From: an uncultured delta proteobacterium | GTDB taxonomy: Bacteria; Desulfobacterota; Syntrophia; Syntrophales; UBA2192 | Direction: 5' to 3' | Length of the DNA: 64,000 nt | Assembly (NCBI GenBank): GCA_963828305.1 | Contig: CAWHEJ010000034.1 | Coordinates: 11,942-75,941, forward strand | Part shown: positions 51,020 to 59,316 of the stretch, piece by piece | Layout: the number at the start of each line of letters is the position of its first letter | Numbering within the stretch: the first letter of the stretch is position 1 | Notes under the pieces: generated by a model | Seen by the model: only the letters and a program-made list of their open reading frames with translations | What the model was told of the DNA's origin: nothing | Database searches by the model: none | Program-made: the position numbers and the translations under genes

Positions 51020-51472
51020 ATGGAGATCAAAAGCAGCGCCTTCGGCAGCGGTGAGATGATCCCGACAAAGTACACCTGTGACGGGGCCGACTTTTCGCCT
51101 CCGCTGGAGTGGGCGGGAAGCCCCGCAGGCACAAAGAGCTTTGCCCTGATCTGCGACGACCCCGATGCGCCCATGGGGACCTGGGTGCATTGGGTGATCT
51201 TCGACATCCCGCCGTCGGCAACCATGCTGGGCGAAGGGATCACCCGGGAGAAGGACCTGCCCGGAGGAGGGACGCTGGGGATCAATGACTTCCGCAAGAT
51301 CGGCTACGGGGGGCCCTGCCCTCCCGGCGGGACGCATCGGTACTTCTTCAAGCTCTACGCCCTGGACGCTACACTCGGCCTCAAGCCCGGGATCACGAAG
51401 GACCAGCTCCTGACAGCCATGCGGGGACACATCCTCGGCGAGGCGCAGATTATGGGAACATACCGCCGCTGA
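51020..51472 (+). CDS. YbhB/YbcL family Raf kinase inhibitor-like (PEBP) protein
   Basis: LICDDPDAP ... WVHWVIFDIP ... GPCPPGGTHRYFFKLYALD. Confidence 0.9.
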   Translation: MEIKSSAFGSGEMIPTKYTCDGADFSPPLEWAGSPAGTKSFALICDDPDAPMGTWVHWVIFDIPPSATMLGEGITREKDLPGGGTLGINDFRKIGYGGPCPPGGTHRYFFKLYALDATLGLKPGITKDQLLTAMRGHILGEAQIMGTYRR

Positions 51473-51489
51473 CGCGGCAGGACAAAGGC

Positions 51490-51555
51490 ACGAGGCTCGA
51501 GGATCGAGGATTTTTGCTGTCCTCGGACCTCGTTCCTCGGTCCTCGATCCTTTTT
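51490..51555. repeat. tandem-oligomer palindrome (GGATCGAGGA ... TCCTCGATCC)
   Basis: GGCTCGAGGATCGAGGATTTTTGCTGTCCTCGGACCTCGTTCCTCGGTCCTCGATCC. Confidence 0.6.
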
Positions 51556-51556
51556 T

Positions 51557-52495
51557 ATGAGCGAGCCATCTTATTTGAAATTATATCGCGAAGGCGTGCT
51601 ACGGGAGCGCGCCCGGGAGGCCGTCGAGCGCCTGCGGGAATGCAGGCTCTGCCCCCGGGACTGCAGGGTGAACAGGCTGGAGGGCGAGCAGGGCTTCTGC
51701 AAGACGGGGCGCAAGGCCATCGTTTCGAGCTTCGGGCCTCACTACGGCGAGGAGTCACCGCTCGTGGGCTCGCACGGCTCGGGGACCGTCTTCTTCAGCT
51801 CCTGCAATCTCCTTTGCACTTTTTGCCAGAATTATGATATCAGCCACCTGCGGGAAGGCGCGGAGGTCGAGCCGGGCAAACTCGCCGCCGTCATGCTTCA
51901 CCTGGCCCGGGGCGGGTGCCACAATATCAACTTCGTCACCCCGAGCCACGTCGTGCCGCAGATTCTCGAAGCGCTGATCCCGGCAGTCGAGGGCGGGCTG
52001 AACGTTCCGCTGGTCTACAACACCGGCGGGTACGATTCCCTGGAAACGCTGAAGCTCCTCGACGGGGTCTTTGACATCTACATGCCCGACTTCAAGTTCT
52101 GGGACAACGAGTGGGCAAAACGTCTCTGTCATGCCGATGACTACCGCGAGCGGGCCATGGCGGCCCTGCGGGAGATGCACCGGCAGGTGGGGGATCTCGA
52201 GATCGACGAGGCCGGCGCGGCCACCCGGGGACTTCTCGTCCGCCACCTCGTCATGCCAGGCGTCGTGGCGGGCACCGAAGGGGTCATGCGTTTCCTGGCC
52301 GAGGAGATCTCGAGGCACACGTACGTCAACGTCATGGACCAGTACCGCCCGTGCTGGAAGGCCGAGAAGGACGCAGCGATCAGCCGCCGGATCACCCGCG
52401 GGGAATACGAACAAGCCCTGGAGCAGGCGCGCAAGGCGGGGCTGTACAGGCTGGACAGTCGCGCGAGAAGAGAAGGTCTGAAGGTGAGAGGGTAA
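51557..52495 (+). CDS. radical SAM protein, PflX-like (COG1313-type pyruvate formate-lyase activase homolog)
   Basis: CRLCPRDCRVNRLEGEQGFC N-terminal Cys cluster, then SCNLLCTFCQNYDIS radical SAM motif. The last ~10 codons lie in repeat B4. Confidence 0.8.
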   Translation: MSEPSYLKLYREGVLRERAREAVERLRECRLCPRDCRVNRLEGEQGFCKTGRKAIVSSFGPHYGEESPLVGSHGSGTVFFSSCNLLCTFCQNYDISHLREGAEVEPGKLAAVMLHLARGGCHNINFVTPSHVVPQILEALIPAVEGGLNVPLVYNTGGYDSLETLKLLDGVFDIYMPDFKFWDNEWAKRLCHADDYRERAMAALREMHRQVGDLEIDEAGAATRGLLVRHLVMPGVVAGTEGVMRFLAEEISRHTYVNVMDQYRPCWKAEKDAAISRRITRGEYEQALEQARKAGLYRLDSRARREGLKVRG

Positions 52496-52575
52496 GAAGG
52501 TTGGATAAGCCGGAGACTGGAATCATCCTCGCCGCTTCTCCAACCTTCTCACCTTCAAACCCTCTTACCTTCTAC
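52466..52575. repeat. family B palindrome copy 4
   Basis: AGAAGAGAAGGTCTGAAGGTGAGAGGGTAAGAAGGTTGG ... CCAACCTTCTCACCTTCAAACCCTCTTACCTTCT; the left arm encodes the C-terminus and stop of the radical SAM CDS. Confidence 0.8.
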
Positions 52576-52640
52576 ATATCGTGGCCTTGCAGACAGGCTG
52601 ATGCGCATGGCCGGATACTGGACAAGGATGGTGAGACCAT

Positions 52641-52850
52641 ATGCCGATTTTTGAGTTCCGTTGTGAAAAATGCAAGAAAACCTTCGAGACCCTCGTCTTC
52701 GGCAGCCAGGAGGTGTCCTGCCCGAAGTGCAAGAGCAAGAAGGTCAAGAAACTCATGTCCGCCTTCAGCCACTCCAGCGACGGCAAGTTCGCGAGCTCGC
52801 AGGGTTCGGGCTGCGGGACCTGCAGCGCCACCAGCTGCGGCCCCTCCTGA
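52641..52850 (+). CDS. FmdB family zinc-ribbon protein
   Basis: MPIFEFRCEKCKKTFE ... SCPKCKS CxxC pairs. Confidence 0.85.
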   Translation: MPIFEFRCEKCKKTFETLVFGSQEVSCPKCKSKKVKKLMSAFSHSSDGKFASSQGSGCGTCSATSCGPS

Positions 52851-52968
52851 GGAGGCTGATGAAACGGCCGAAGGTTTCGGCCGACGACAAGAAAGCGGAT
52901 GGCGGCATGTTCCTGACAACGGGTTCCGGTTGGCCCGGTGGTTGATCGACGAACGGTTGAGGTGAAAG

Positions 52969-53175
52969 ATGGAAGAAAAGAATCTGCTGAACACATTCAA
53001 GCGATCGCGGAAGGACAAGTGGCTGGGCGGGATCTGCGGGGCCCTGGGCGCCATGACGCCCCTGCCCTCGTGGGTCTGGCGGCTGATCTTTACGCTTGCC
53101 GTCATCCTCTACGGCACCGGGCTTCTGATCTACATCCTTTTGTGGATCTTCGTGCCGCAGGAACCGGAACAGTGA
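52969..53175 (+). CDS. PspC domain-containing membrane protein
   Basis: RSRKDKWLGGICGALG ... RLIFTLAVILYGTGLLIYILLWIFVP. Confidence 0.8.
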   Translation: MEEKNLLNTFKRSRKDKWLGGICGALGAMTPLPSWVWRLIFTLAVILYGTGLLIYILLWIFVPQEPEQ

Positions 53176-53278
53176 AGAAGTGTCTGAGTGTCTGAGTGTC
53201 TGAGTGTCTAGTGCCTAAGTGAAAAAGGTAGTTCTTTTTCTTCACTCAAACACTTTTGCACTTAGACACTTAAACACT
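53173..53278. repeat. family C full palindrome ((GTGTCTGA)n ... (TYAGACAC)n)
   Basis: GTGTCTGAGTGTCTGAGTGTCTGAGTGTCTAGTGCCTAAGTGAAAAAGG ... CTTTTTCTTCACTCAAACACTTTTGCACTTAGACACTTAAACAC, between convergent pspC-like and kinase genes. Confidence 0.8.
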
Positions 53279-53284
53279 ATCCCC

Positions 53285-54928
53285 CTAGTCTCCGAAGGGA
53301 ATCTCGTCCCTCTCCCCGTCCAGGACCTCGCGGACCTTTTTCAGCATGTCCTCGAGCCGGTAGGGCTTCGCCATGAACCCCGTGGCGCCCGCTTCCAGAA
53401 TGCTCTGGACGGTTTGGGTGGCCGCGTATCCGCTGGCGATAAGCACCTTCACCGCCGGGTTCATGCGCAGGATCTCCCTCAGGCATCTCTCCCCCCCCAT
53501 CCCCGGCATCCCCAGATCGAGAATGACCAGGTCGATGCGATCCCCCTGCCGGGAGTAGGTCTCTACGGCCTCTTCGCCGTTTCGCGCCGTGAGGACCGTG
53601 TAGCCGAACTGCTCGAGGGTGTTCTGGCCGATATCAATGATGTCGGGCTCGTCATCGACGATGATGATGGTCTCGGCGCCGCGGTAGTCGCCCCTCTTGC
53701 GCTCCTCCTTCGCCGGGGCTGCCCCCTCTCTTTCCTGGGCCGGCAGGTAGACGCGGAAGGTCGTCCCTTTATCGAGATTGCTTTCGCACAGGATGAGCCC
53801 GTGGTGGCTCTGGACGATGCCGTAGACAATGGCAAGGCCCAGCCCGATCCCCGAGCCCACCCCCTTGGTCGTGTAGAAGGGCTCGAAAATCCTCTCCAGG
53901 GTTTCCCGATCCATCCCGTGGCCCGAGTCCGCAAAGGTGAGCTCCACGTAGGCACCGGGCTTGACGCCCACGAGATTGCGGCAGAACGCCTCATCGAGCT
54001 GGACGTTTCGCGTTTCGATGACGATCTTTCCGCCATCGGGCATGGCGTCTTTCGCGTTGATCCCCAGGTTGAAGAGAACGTGCTCGAGCTGCACCGCGTC
54101 GCCGTCAACGGAGGCAATCTCGGCGGCCAGCCTCAGCTCCGCCGTAATGGATTCCGGAATGGTCCGGGCCAACGTCTTCTGGGCCTGGCGGACCACCTCG
54201 TTGAGATCGATGGGTTCGAGACGGCTCTCCTCCTTGCGGCTGAAGATGAGCAGTTGCTTGGTGAGGGCTGCAGCCCGCTTGACGGAGCGCTCGATCTGGA
54301 GCAGCCATCCCTGTTCGGTGCGGTCCCGGTCGCCCCGCATCATGAGCAGCTGGATGTAGCCCGAGATGCCCTGCAGGTGATTGTTGAAGTCGTGGGCGAT
54401 CCCGCCGGCAAGGGTACCGACGGCTTCCATCTTCTTGGCGTACAGGAGCCGCGACTCGAGATCCCCCTGCCGGGTCGCATCCTGAATCAGGCAGAGCATG
54501 GCGGGCCGATCCTCCCAACTCACGGGGATGACCCGGGTCGTGGCCTGAAAAACCTCGCCCCCTTTGCGGATGACGCCAAAGGTGATCGAAGCCAGTGAGG
54601 TCTTACCGGCCAGTACCTGCCTGTAAAGGGCGAGGACCCTGTCCCGATCGCGAGAATCGATGACTTCGGAAAAAGGGACCGAGCCAAACTCGCCGGCCGA
54701 ATACCCGCTGATGATCGATGCGGCGGGATTTATGGACTTGACCGTGTCGTCCTGGACAAGCACGACGGCCTCCTGGACCCTGTCCACCAGGAACCGGTAC
54801 TTTGTTTCCGAATCCTTCAGCGCCCGGGCGAGCGTGGCAAATTCCTTCTCCACCTCCTCGAGGTACCGGACGCGCTCGCGAAGCGCCGCGAGCTCTTTCA
54901 TGGCCAGCTCTTTCTCGAACTCTGTCAC
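53285..54928 (-). CDS. hybrid sensor histidine kinase/response regulator (coiled coil-PAS-HisKA-HATPase-REC)
   Basis: H-box AHDFNNHLQGISGY; G-boxes DSGHGMD and GVGSGIGL; receiver IIIVDDEPD ... LVILDLGMPGMGG. GTG start at 54928 follows GGGAGGAG, 4 nt after the rarA stop; ATG 54901 is the alternative. Confidence 0.85.
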   Translation of the reverse strand: MTEFEKELAMKELAALRERVRYLEEVEKEFATLARALKDSETKYRFLVDRVQEAVVLVQDDTVKSINPAASIISGYSAGEFGSVPFSEVIDSRDRDRVLALYRQVLAGKTSLASITFGVIRKGGEVFQATTRVIPVSWEDRPAMLCLIQDATRQGDLESRLLYAKKMEAVGTLAGGIAHDFNNHLQGISGYIQLLMMRGDRDRTEQGWLLQIERSVKRAAALTKQLLIFSRKEESRLEPIDLNEVVRQAQKTLARTIPESITAELRLAAEIASVDGDAVQLEHVLFNLGINAKDAMPDGGKIVIETRNVQLDEAFCRNLVGVKPGAYVELTFADSGHGMDRETLERIFEPFYTTKGVGSGIGLGLAIVYGIVQSHHGLILCESNLDKGTTFRVYLPAQEREGAAPAKEERKRGDYRGAETIIIVDDEPDIIDIGQNTLEQFGYTVLTARNGEEAVETYSRQGDRIDLVILDLGMPGMGGERCLREILRMNPAVKVLIASGYAATQTVQSILEAGATGFMAKPYRLEDMLKKVREVLDGERDEIPFGD

Positions 54929-54932
54929 CGGA

Positions 54933-56297
54933 TCACTCCTCCCGTTCTTCCTTCTGGTCCCGGTCCCTGGCTGCCTGCTCCCGGATCCTGCGCCATTTCG
55001 ACAGACGCTCCCGGATAACCTTCTCGTACCCGCGGTCCGTGGGCGAATAGTAGACCTGCCCCTGGAGCTTCTCCGGAAGATGGTCCTGCGGTACGATGGC
55101 CTCCTCGTAATCGTGTGCGTATTTGTACCCTTTGGCATAGCCGAGATCGCGCATGAGCCGCGTGGGCGCGTTGCGGATGTGCAGGGGCACGGGCAGGGTC
55201 CCCGTTTTGCCGATGACGGATTTCACCTTGCCGTATGCGCGGTAGACGGCGTTGCTCTTGGGGGCCGTGGCAAGGTAGACGGCCGCCTGCGCCAGCGAAA
55301 GCTCGCCCTCCGGCAGCCCGATGAAATGAAAGGCCTGCATGGCCGCCATGGCCACTGTGAGGGCCATGGGATCGGCGTTGCCGATGTCCTCGGAGGCAAA
55401 ACGGATCATGCGCCGGGCGATGTAAAGGGGGTCCTCGCCCGCCTCGATCATGCGCGCGAGCCAGTACAGCGCCGCGTCGGGGTCGCTCCCCCGGAGGCTC
55501 TTGTGCAAGGCAGAGATGATGTTGTAATGCTCCTCGCCCGCCTTGTCGTACTGCAGGGCCTTGCGCTGCAGGGCCGTCTCGGCCAGTGCCAGGGTGATGG
55601 TGCGCTCCGCGGCGGCCCTGCCGGCCATGAGCGAGGCCGCGGCCTCGAGGTTGTTGAGGGCCGTTCGCGCATCGCCGTCGGCGGCGCGGACCATGTGGTC
55701 GAGCGCCTCGGGCTCCGCCTCGATCGAGAGCCCGCCCAGGCCCCTCCGGGTGTCGCGGAGCGCCCGCCGGAGGATCTCCGCAAGCTCCTCTTCGGTGAAG
55801 GGCCGCAGGACCATGACGCGAGTGCGGGACAGAAGCGGCGAGATGACTTCGAAGGACGGGTTTTCCGTCGTGGCTCCGATCAGCGTGATGAGGCCGCTCT
55901 CCACGTGGGGCAGGAAGGCGTCCTGCTGGGCCTTGTTGAAACGGTGGATCTCATCGACAAACAGGATCGTTCTCCGGCCCGTCCGCTCGAGCTCCACCCG
56001 GGCTTCTTCGATGACGCCCCGGATCTCCTTGACTCCGGAGAGAACCGCCGAAAAGGTGGCGAAATGGGACTTCGTCTCGCCGGCGATGATGCGGGCAAGG
56101 GTGGTCTTCCCGGAGCCGGGCGGCCCCCAGAAGATCATGGAAAAGAGGCGGTCTTCCTCGATGGCCTTGCGCAGCAGCCCCCCCTTTTCCAGGATGTGGG
56201 ACTGACCCACATATTCCTCGAGGGTTTCCGGCCGCATCCGGTCCGCCAGGGGGCGGGCATTTTTCAGTCGTTCATCGGAGGAGTCCATTCGCTCCAC
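54933..56297 (-). CDS. rarA: replication-associated recombination protein A (AAA+ ATPase)
   Basis: Walker A GPPGSGKTTLA; Walker B ILFVDEIHRFNK; MgsA C-terminal domain (HYNIISALHKSLRGSDPDAALYWLARM). Confidence 0.95.
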   Translation of the reverse strand: MERMDSSDERLKNARPLADRMRPETLEEYVGQSHILEKGGLLRKAIEEDRLFSMIFWGPPGSGKTTLARIIAGETKSHFATFSAVLSGVKEIRGVIEEARVELERTGRRTILFVDEIHRFNKAQQDAFLPHVESGLITLIGATTENPSFEVISPLLSRTRVMVLRPFTEEELAEILRRALRDTRRGLGGLSIEAEPEALDHMVRAADGDARTALNNLEAAASLMAGRAAAERTITLALAETALQRKALQYDKAGEEHYNIISALHKSLRGSDPDAALYWLARMIEAGEDPLYIARRMIRFASEDIGNADPMALTVAMAAMQAFHFIGLPEGELSLAQAAVYLATAPKSNAVYRAYGKVKSVIGKTGTLPVPLHIRNAPTRLMRDLGYAKGYKYAHDYEEAIVPQDHLPEKLQGQVYYSPTDRGYEKVIRERLSKWRRIREQAARDRDQKEEREE

Positions 56298-56308
56298 GGG
56301 ACCTTGAA

Positions 56309-56418
56309 AAGACAGAAGGTAAGAGGATCTGAAGGTAAGAAGGTTGGAGAAGCGGAAAGCAGGAACATGGCCGTCGCCGTATCCAACGTTCTCACCCTCT
56401 CACCTTCTCAACTTCTCT
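56309..56418. repeat. family B palindrome copy 5
   Basis: AGACAGAAGGTAAGAGGATCTGAAGGTAAGAAGGTTGG ... CCAACGTTCTCACCCTCTCACCTTCTCAACTTCT. Confidence 0.8.
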
Positions 56419-56553
56419 ATCCCGCGGTGCACGCCCCCGGTCAACAGCCTGCCGGTCGCCTTCCCCGCGGGCGGCGAAAAGATAACATGGAACCTTGCAA
56501 AACACAATCACACAGACCCGGATGAATCCGCACGAGGACCGGGATGCCGGGAC

Positions 56554-56640
56554 AAAAAAATCCCCCTGCCCTCCCCCTTTTATAAAGGAGGAAAGAGGGG
56601 GATTTCTCTGTCTTCTGTTGGCTGTCGGCTGTCGGCTTCA
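56554..56640. repeat. family A copy 4 (core + right arm only)
   Basis: AAAAAAATCCCCCTGCCCTCCCCCTTTTATAAAGGAGGAAAGAGGGGGATTT + CTGTTGGCTGTCGGCTGTCGGC, just downstream of the trpB2 stop. Confidence 0.75.
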
Positions 56641-56657
56641 GACTGCCGCGCAGCGGC

Positions 56658-58028
56658 CTACCGCCCGATACACTTCGGGTGCTTCTCGATGGCCTTGAGG
56701 GCCCTCTGGATCTCCTTGTCGGGCAGCTCGTGGGGCTCGAGCTTCCCCGAGAGGTAGTTATCGTAGGAGGCCAGGTCGATGATCCCGTGGCCGCTGTAGT
56801 TGAAGAGGATGACCTTCTCCTTGCCCTCTTCCCGGGCGCGTTTCGCCTCGTCCACAACGGCGGCGATGGCATGGTTCGTCTCGGGGGCGGGGATGAACCC
56901 CTCGGTGCGGGCAAAGAGAACGCCCGCCTCGAAGGTCTCGAGCTGGTTGTATGACCGGGGCTCGACAATCTTCTCGTTGACGAGGTGGCTCACGATCGGC
57001 GCCATCCCGTGGTAGCGAAGCCCGCCTGCGTGGATCGACTCGGGGATGAAGTCGTGGCCGAGGGTGTGCATGGGAAGAAGCGGGGTCATCTTGGCCACGT
57101 CGCCGAAGTCGTAGGCGAAGGGACCCTTGGTGAGGGTCGGGCATGACGCGGGCTCGGAGGCGATGATGTGAACCTTTTTCCCGTTGATCTTGTCCCGCAC
57201 GAAAGGCAGGCTCACGCCGCCGAAGTTGCTTCCGCCGCCGGCACAGCCGATGACCACGTCGGGGTATTTGCCGATCTTCTCGAATTGCTTCTTCGCCTCG
57301 AGGCCGATGACGGTCTGATGCATCAGCGTGTGGTTCAGCACGCTCCCCAGGGAATAGCGACAGTCCTTGGTCGAGACCGCGTACTCGACGGCCTCGCTGA
57401 TGGCCACGCCGAGACTGCCGGGGCAATCCGGATCCTGGGCGAGGATGTTTCGCCCCGCCTGGGTCCTCTCACTGGGGCTCGGGGTGCAGTTGGCGCCCCA
57501 CGTCATCATCATCATGCGCCGGTAGGGCTTCTGGTTGTAGCTCACGCGGACCATGAAGACCTCACACTCCAGGCCGAACATCTGGCAGGCCATGGCCAGG
57601 GCGCTTCCCCACTGCCCCGCGCCCGTCTCCGTCGAGAGCTTCTTGATCCCGAAGACCTTGTTGTAATAGGCTTGCGGGATGGCCGTGTTGGGCTTGTGGG
57701 AGCCCGGGGGGCTCACGCTTTCGTCCTTGTAGTAAATCTTGACGGGGCACTTCAGGGCCTTCTCGAAATTGAGGGCGCGCCTCAGCGGCGTGGGCCGGTA
57801 CAGGAGGTACTTGTCCAGGACCTCGTCGGGAATCGTGATCAGGCCCTCCGTGCTCACCTCCTGCTCGATGATGTTCATGGGAAAGATGGGGGCCAGGTCC
57901 TGCGGGCCGACCGGCTTGCCGGTGCCGGGGTGAAGGGGAGGATTCATGGGAGTCGGCAGGTCGGGTATGATATTGTACCATTGCCTGGGAATCTCCGCTT
58001 CGCTCAGCATGATCTTTCGCTCTTCCAT
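56658..58028 (-). CDS. trpB: TrpB2-type tryptophan synthase beta chain (stand-alone, no trpA adjacent)
   Basis: PLP-lysine region [11 protein letters not shown]; TrpB2-style N-terminal extension ([13 protein letters not shown]). ATG 58028 follows GAAGGAGG. Confidence 0.85.
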   Translation of the reverse strand: MEERKIMLSEAEIPRQWYNIIPDLPTPMNPPLHPGTGKPVGPQDLAPIFPMNIIEQEVSTEGLITIPDEVLDKYLLYRPTPLRRALNFEKALKCPVKIYYKDESVSPPGSHKPNTAIPQAYYNKVFGIKKLSTETGAGQWGSALAMACQMFGLECEVFMVRVSYNQKPYRRMMMMTWGANCTPSPSERTQAGRNILAQDPDCPGSLGVAISEAVEYAVSTKDCRYSLGSVLNHTLMHQTVIGLEAKKQFEKIGKYPDVVIGCAGGGSNFGGVSLPFVRDKINGKKVHIIASEPASCPTLTKGPFAYDFGDVAKMTPLLPMHTLGHDFIPESIHAGGLRYHGMAPIVSHLVNEKIVEPRSYNQLETFEAGVLFARTEGFIPAPETNHAIAAVVDEAKRAREEGKEKVILFNYSGHGIIDLASYDNYLSGKLEPHELPDKEIQRALKAIEKHPKCIGR

Positions 58029-58133
58029 CTTTTTTGCCTCCTTCATTTCGTTTCTTTCGTTTATGCGTTTATTTTCGATTATGAAGTCTCTTTCTTTGTT
58101 CCCCACCTGAGAAACAGCTCCATCTGATTCGAA

Positions 58134-58214
58134 GAAAATCCCCCTCTATCCCCCTTTTTAAAAGGGGGAAGCGTTATGACTCCCTCCTTTGCAAAAGGAG
58201 GGTTGGGGAGGATT
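58134..58214. repeat. family A copy 5 (degenerate double-hairpin core, no arms) in the trpB2 5' UTR
   Basis: AAAATCCCCCCTCTATCCCCCTTTTTAAAAGGGGGAAGCG ... CTCCCTCCTTTGCAAAAGGAGGGTTGGGGAGGATTT. Confidence 0.65.
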
Positions 58215-58272
58215 TGATACGTCATGCTTCTTCCCTGGACACCCCGGTGTCCGGGGACGGTTCCGGACACGC

Positions 58273-58310
58273 AAATAACAAAAAAGCCATGGGAATTTCT
58301 CCCATGGCTT
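58273..58310 (-). terminator. attenuator terminator of the trp leader
   Basis: Minus strand: 11-bp stem AAGCCATGGGA (58310-58300) / TCCCATGGCTT (58294-58284), loop GAAAT, then TTTTGTTATTT. Confidence 0.7.
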
Positions 58311-58360
58311 TATACTTTGGCTGAGCCATGGGTGATCTTCCTCACCCACAGCCCCTTATG

Positions 58361-58441
58361 TCAATAAGAGGGCCCCGTGGGCAGGGTCCTGTTGCCCTGC
58401 CACCACCAGCCGAACGTGTTGATTGCGAAAAGCCTGTTCAT
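58361..58441 (-). CDS. trpL: tryptophan leader peptide (26 aa) with three consecutive Trp codons
   Basis: Hand translation MNRLFAINTFGWWWQGNRTLPTGPSY*; TGG TGG TGG at 58408-58400; sits between a promoter-like site and a terminator/antiterminator, upstream of trpB2. Confidence 0.65.
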   Translation of the reverse strand: MNRLFAINTFGWWWQGNRTLPTGPSY

Positions 58442-58460
58442 AATCGATACCTGCCTGCCC

Positions 58461-58487
58461 ATTATCACAGGCTTTTTCCCCTGTCAA
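58461..58487 (-). promoter_or_regulatory. sigma-70-like promoter for the trp leader/trpB2 transcript
   Basis: Minus strand TTGACA (58487-58482) - 15 nt, ending in TGT (extended -10) - GATAAT (58466-58461). Confidence 0.5.
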
Positions 58488-58667
58488 GTCCTTCCCATAA
58501 AGTTTGGCGCCCCTCCTGCAAACCCGTCGGGGTGACCTTTTCGGGCATCAGGCAGGGCCCGCCACGGCTGCCCCCGCAAGGAGAAAACGTCAGAATGGGC
58601 TTATTTTATTGAAAAAAAAGTGCTTTTCTGTTAACTAGAAAAAGCCATCGGCACATGGCCCAAATCT

Positions 58668-59276
58668 ATGCTTCTGTCGATCAACGAGAAGAACCCGCAG
58701 GTGCGGCTGATCCGAAAAGCCGTCGAAGCGCTGCGAAACGGGGGGATCATCATCTATCCCACGGACACGGTCTACGGGATCGGCTGCGATCTTTACAACA
58801 AACGGGCGATCGAGAAGATCCACGAGCTCAAGCGCCGCAGCCAGAAGCAGCCCTTCAGCTTCATCTGTGCCGACCTGAGTGACATCAGCCAGTATGCCCT
58901 TGTCACCAATTACGCCTACAGGACCATGAAACGGTTGTTACCGGGGCCCTACACGTTCATCCTCCCCGCGTCGCGTCTCGTCCCCAAGATCCTGATGACG
59001 AAACGGCAGACCACGGGAATCCGGGTCCCTGCAAACGAGATATGTCTGTCGCTCGTGCGCGAGCTGGGACACCCCATCATCAGCACCAGCGCATCGACGG
59101 ACAAGGACGAGATCCTGAGCGACCCGGAAGAGATCCGGGACCGCTACGGGCATGCCGTGGAGCTCATTCTCGACGGGGGCATCCTCACATCGGAGATGTC
59201 CAGCGTCATCAGCCTCGTGGACGACGTTCCCGAGGTGATACGCGCCGGTAAGGGCGACGTGAGCGAGTTCCAGTAA
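58668..59276 (+). CDS. tsaC: L-threonylcarbamoyladenylate synthase (YrdC/TsaC type)
   Basis: YrdC domain IIIYPTDTVYGIGCD ... KRRSQKQPFSFI ... TSAS. Confidence 0.9.
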   Translation: MLLSINEKNPQVRLIRKAVEALRNGGIIIYPTDTVYGIGCDLYNKRAIEKIHELKRRSQKQPFSFICADLSDISQYALVTNYAYRTMKRLLPGPYTFILPASRLVPKILMTKRQTTGIRVPANEICLSLVRELGHPIISTSASTDKDEILSDPEEIRDRYGHAVELILDGGILTSEMSSVISLVDDVPEVIRAGKGDVSEFQ

Positions 59277-59316
59277 TGCCCGTTTAACCGGGTGGGGGAC
59301 AGCGAGGAAAACTTTC

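Noticed and set aside
54926-54935. rarA stop / kinase GTG start junction as evidence of a functional rarA-kinase system
   Set aside because: The 4-nt spacing with a GGGAGGAG ribosome-binding site suggests co-transcription only. Such packing is common, and there is no functional rationale visible in the sequence.
58310-58440. SRP (4.5S) or 6S RNA on the minus strand between trpB2 and tsaC
   Set aside because: I looked for the SRP domain IV motif (GGAA tetraloop with AGCAGCC-type symmetric loop) and for a 6S-like long duplex and found neither. A leader peptide plus attenuator explains the promoter, the WWW ORF and the terminator better.
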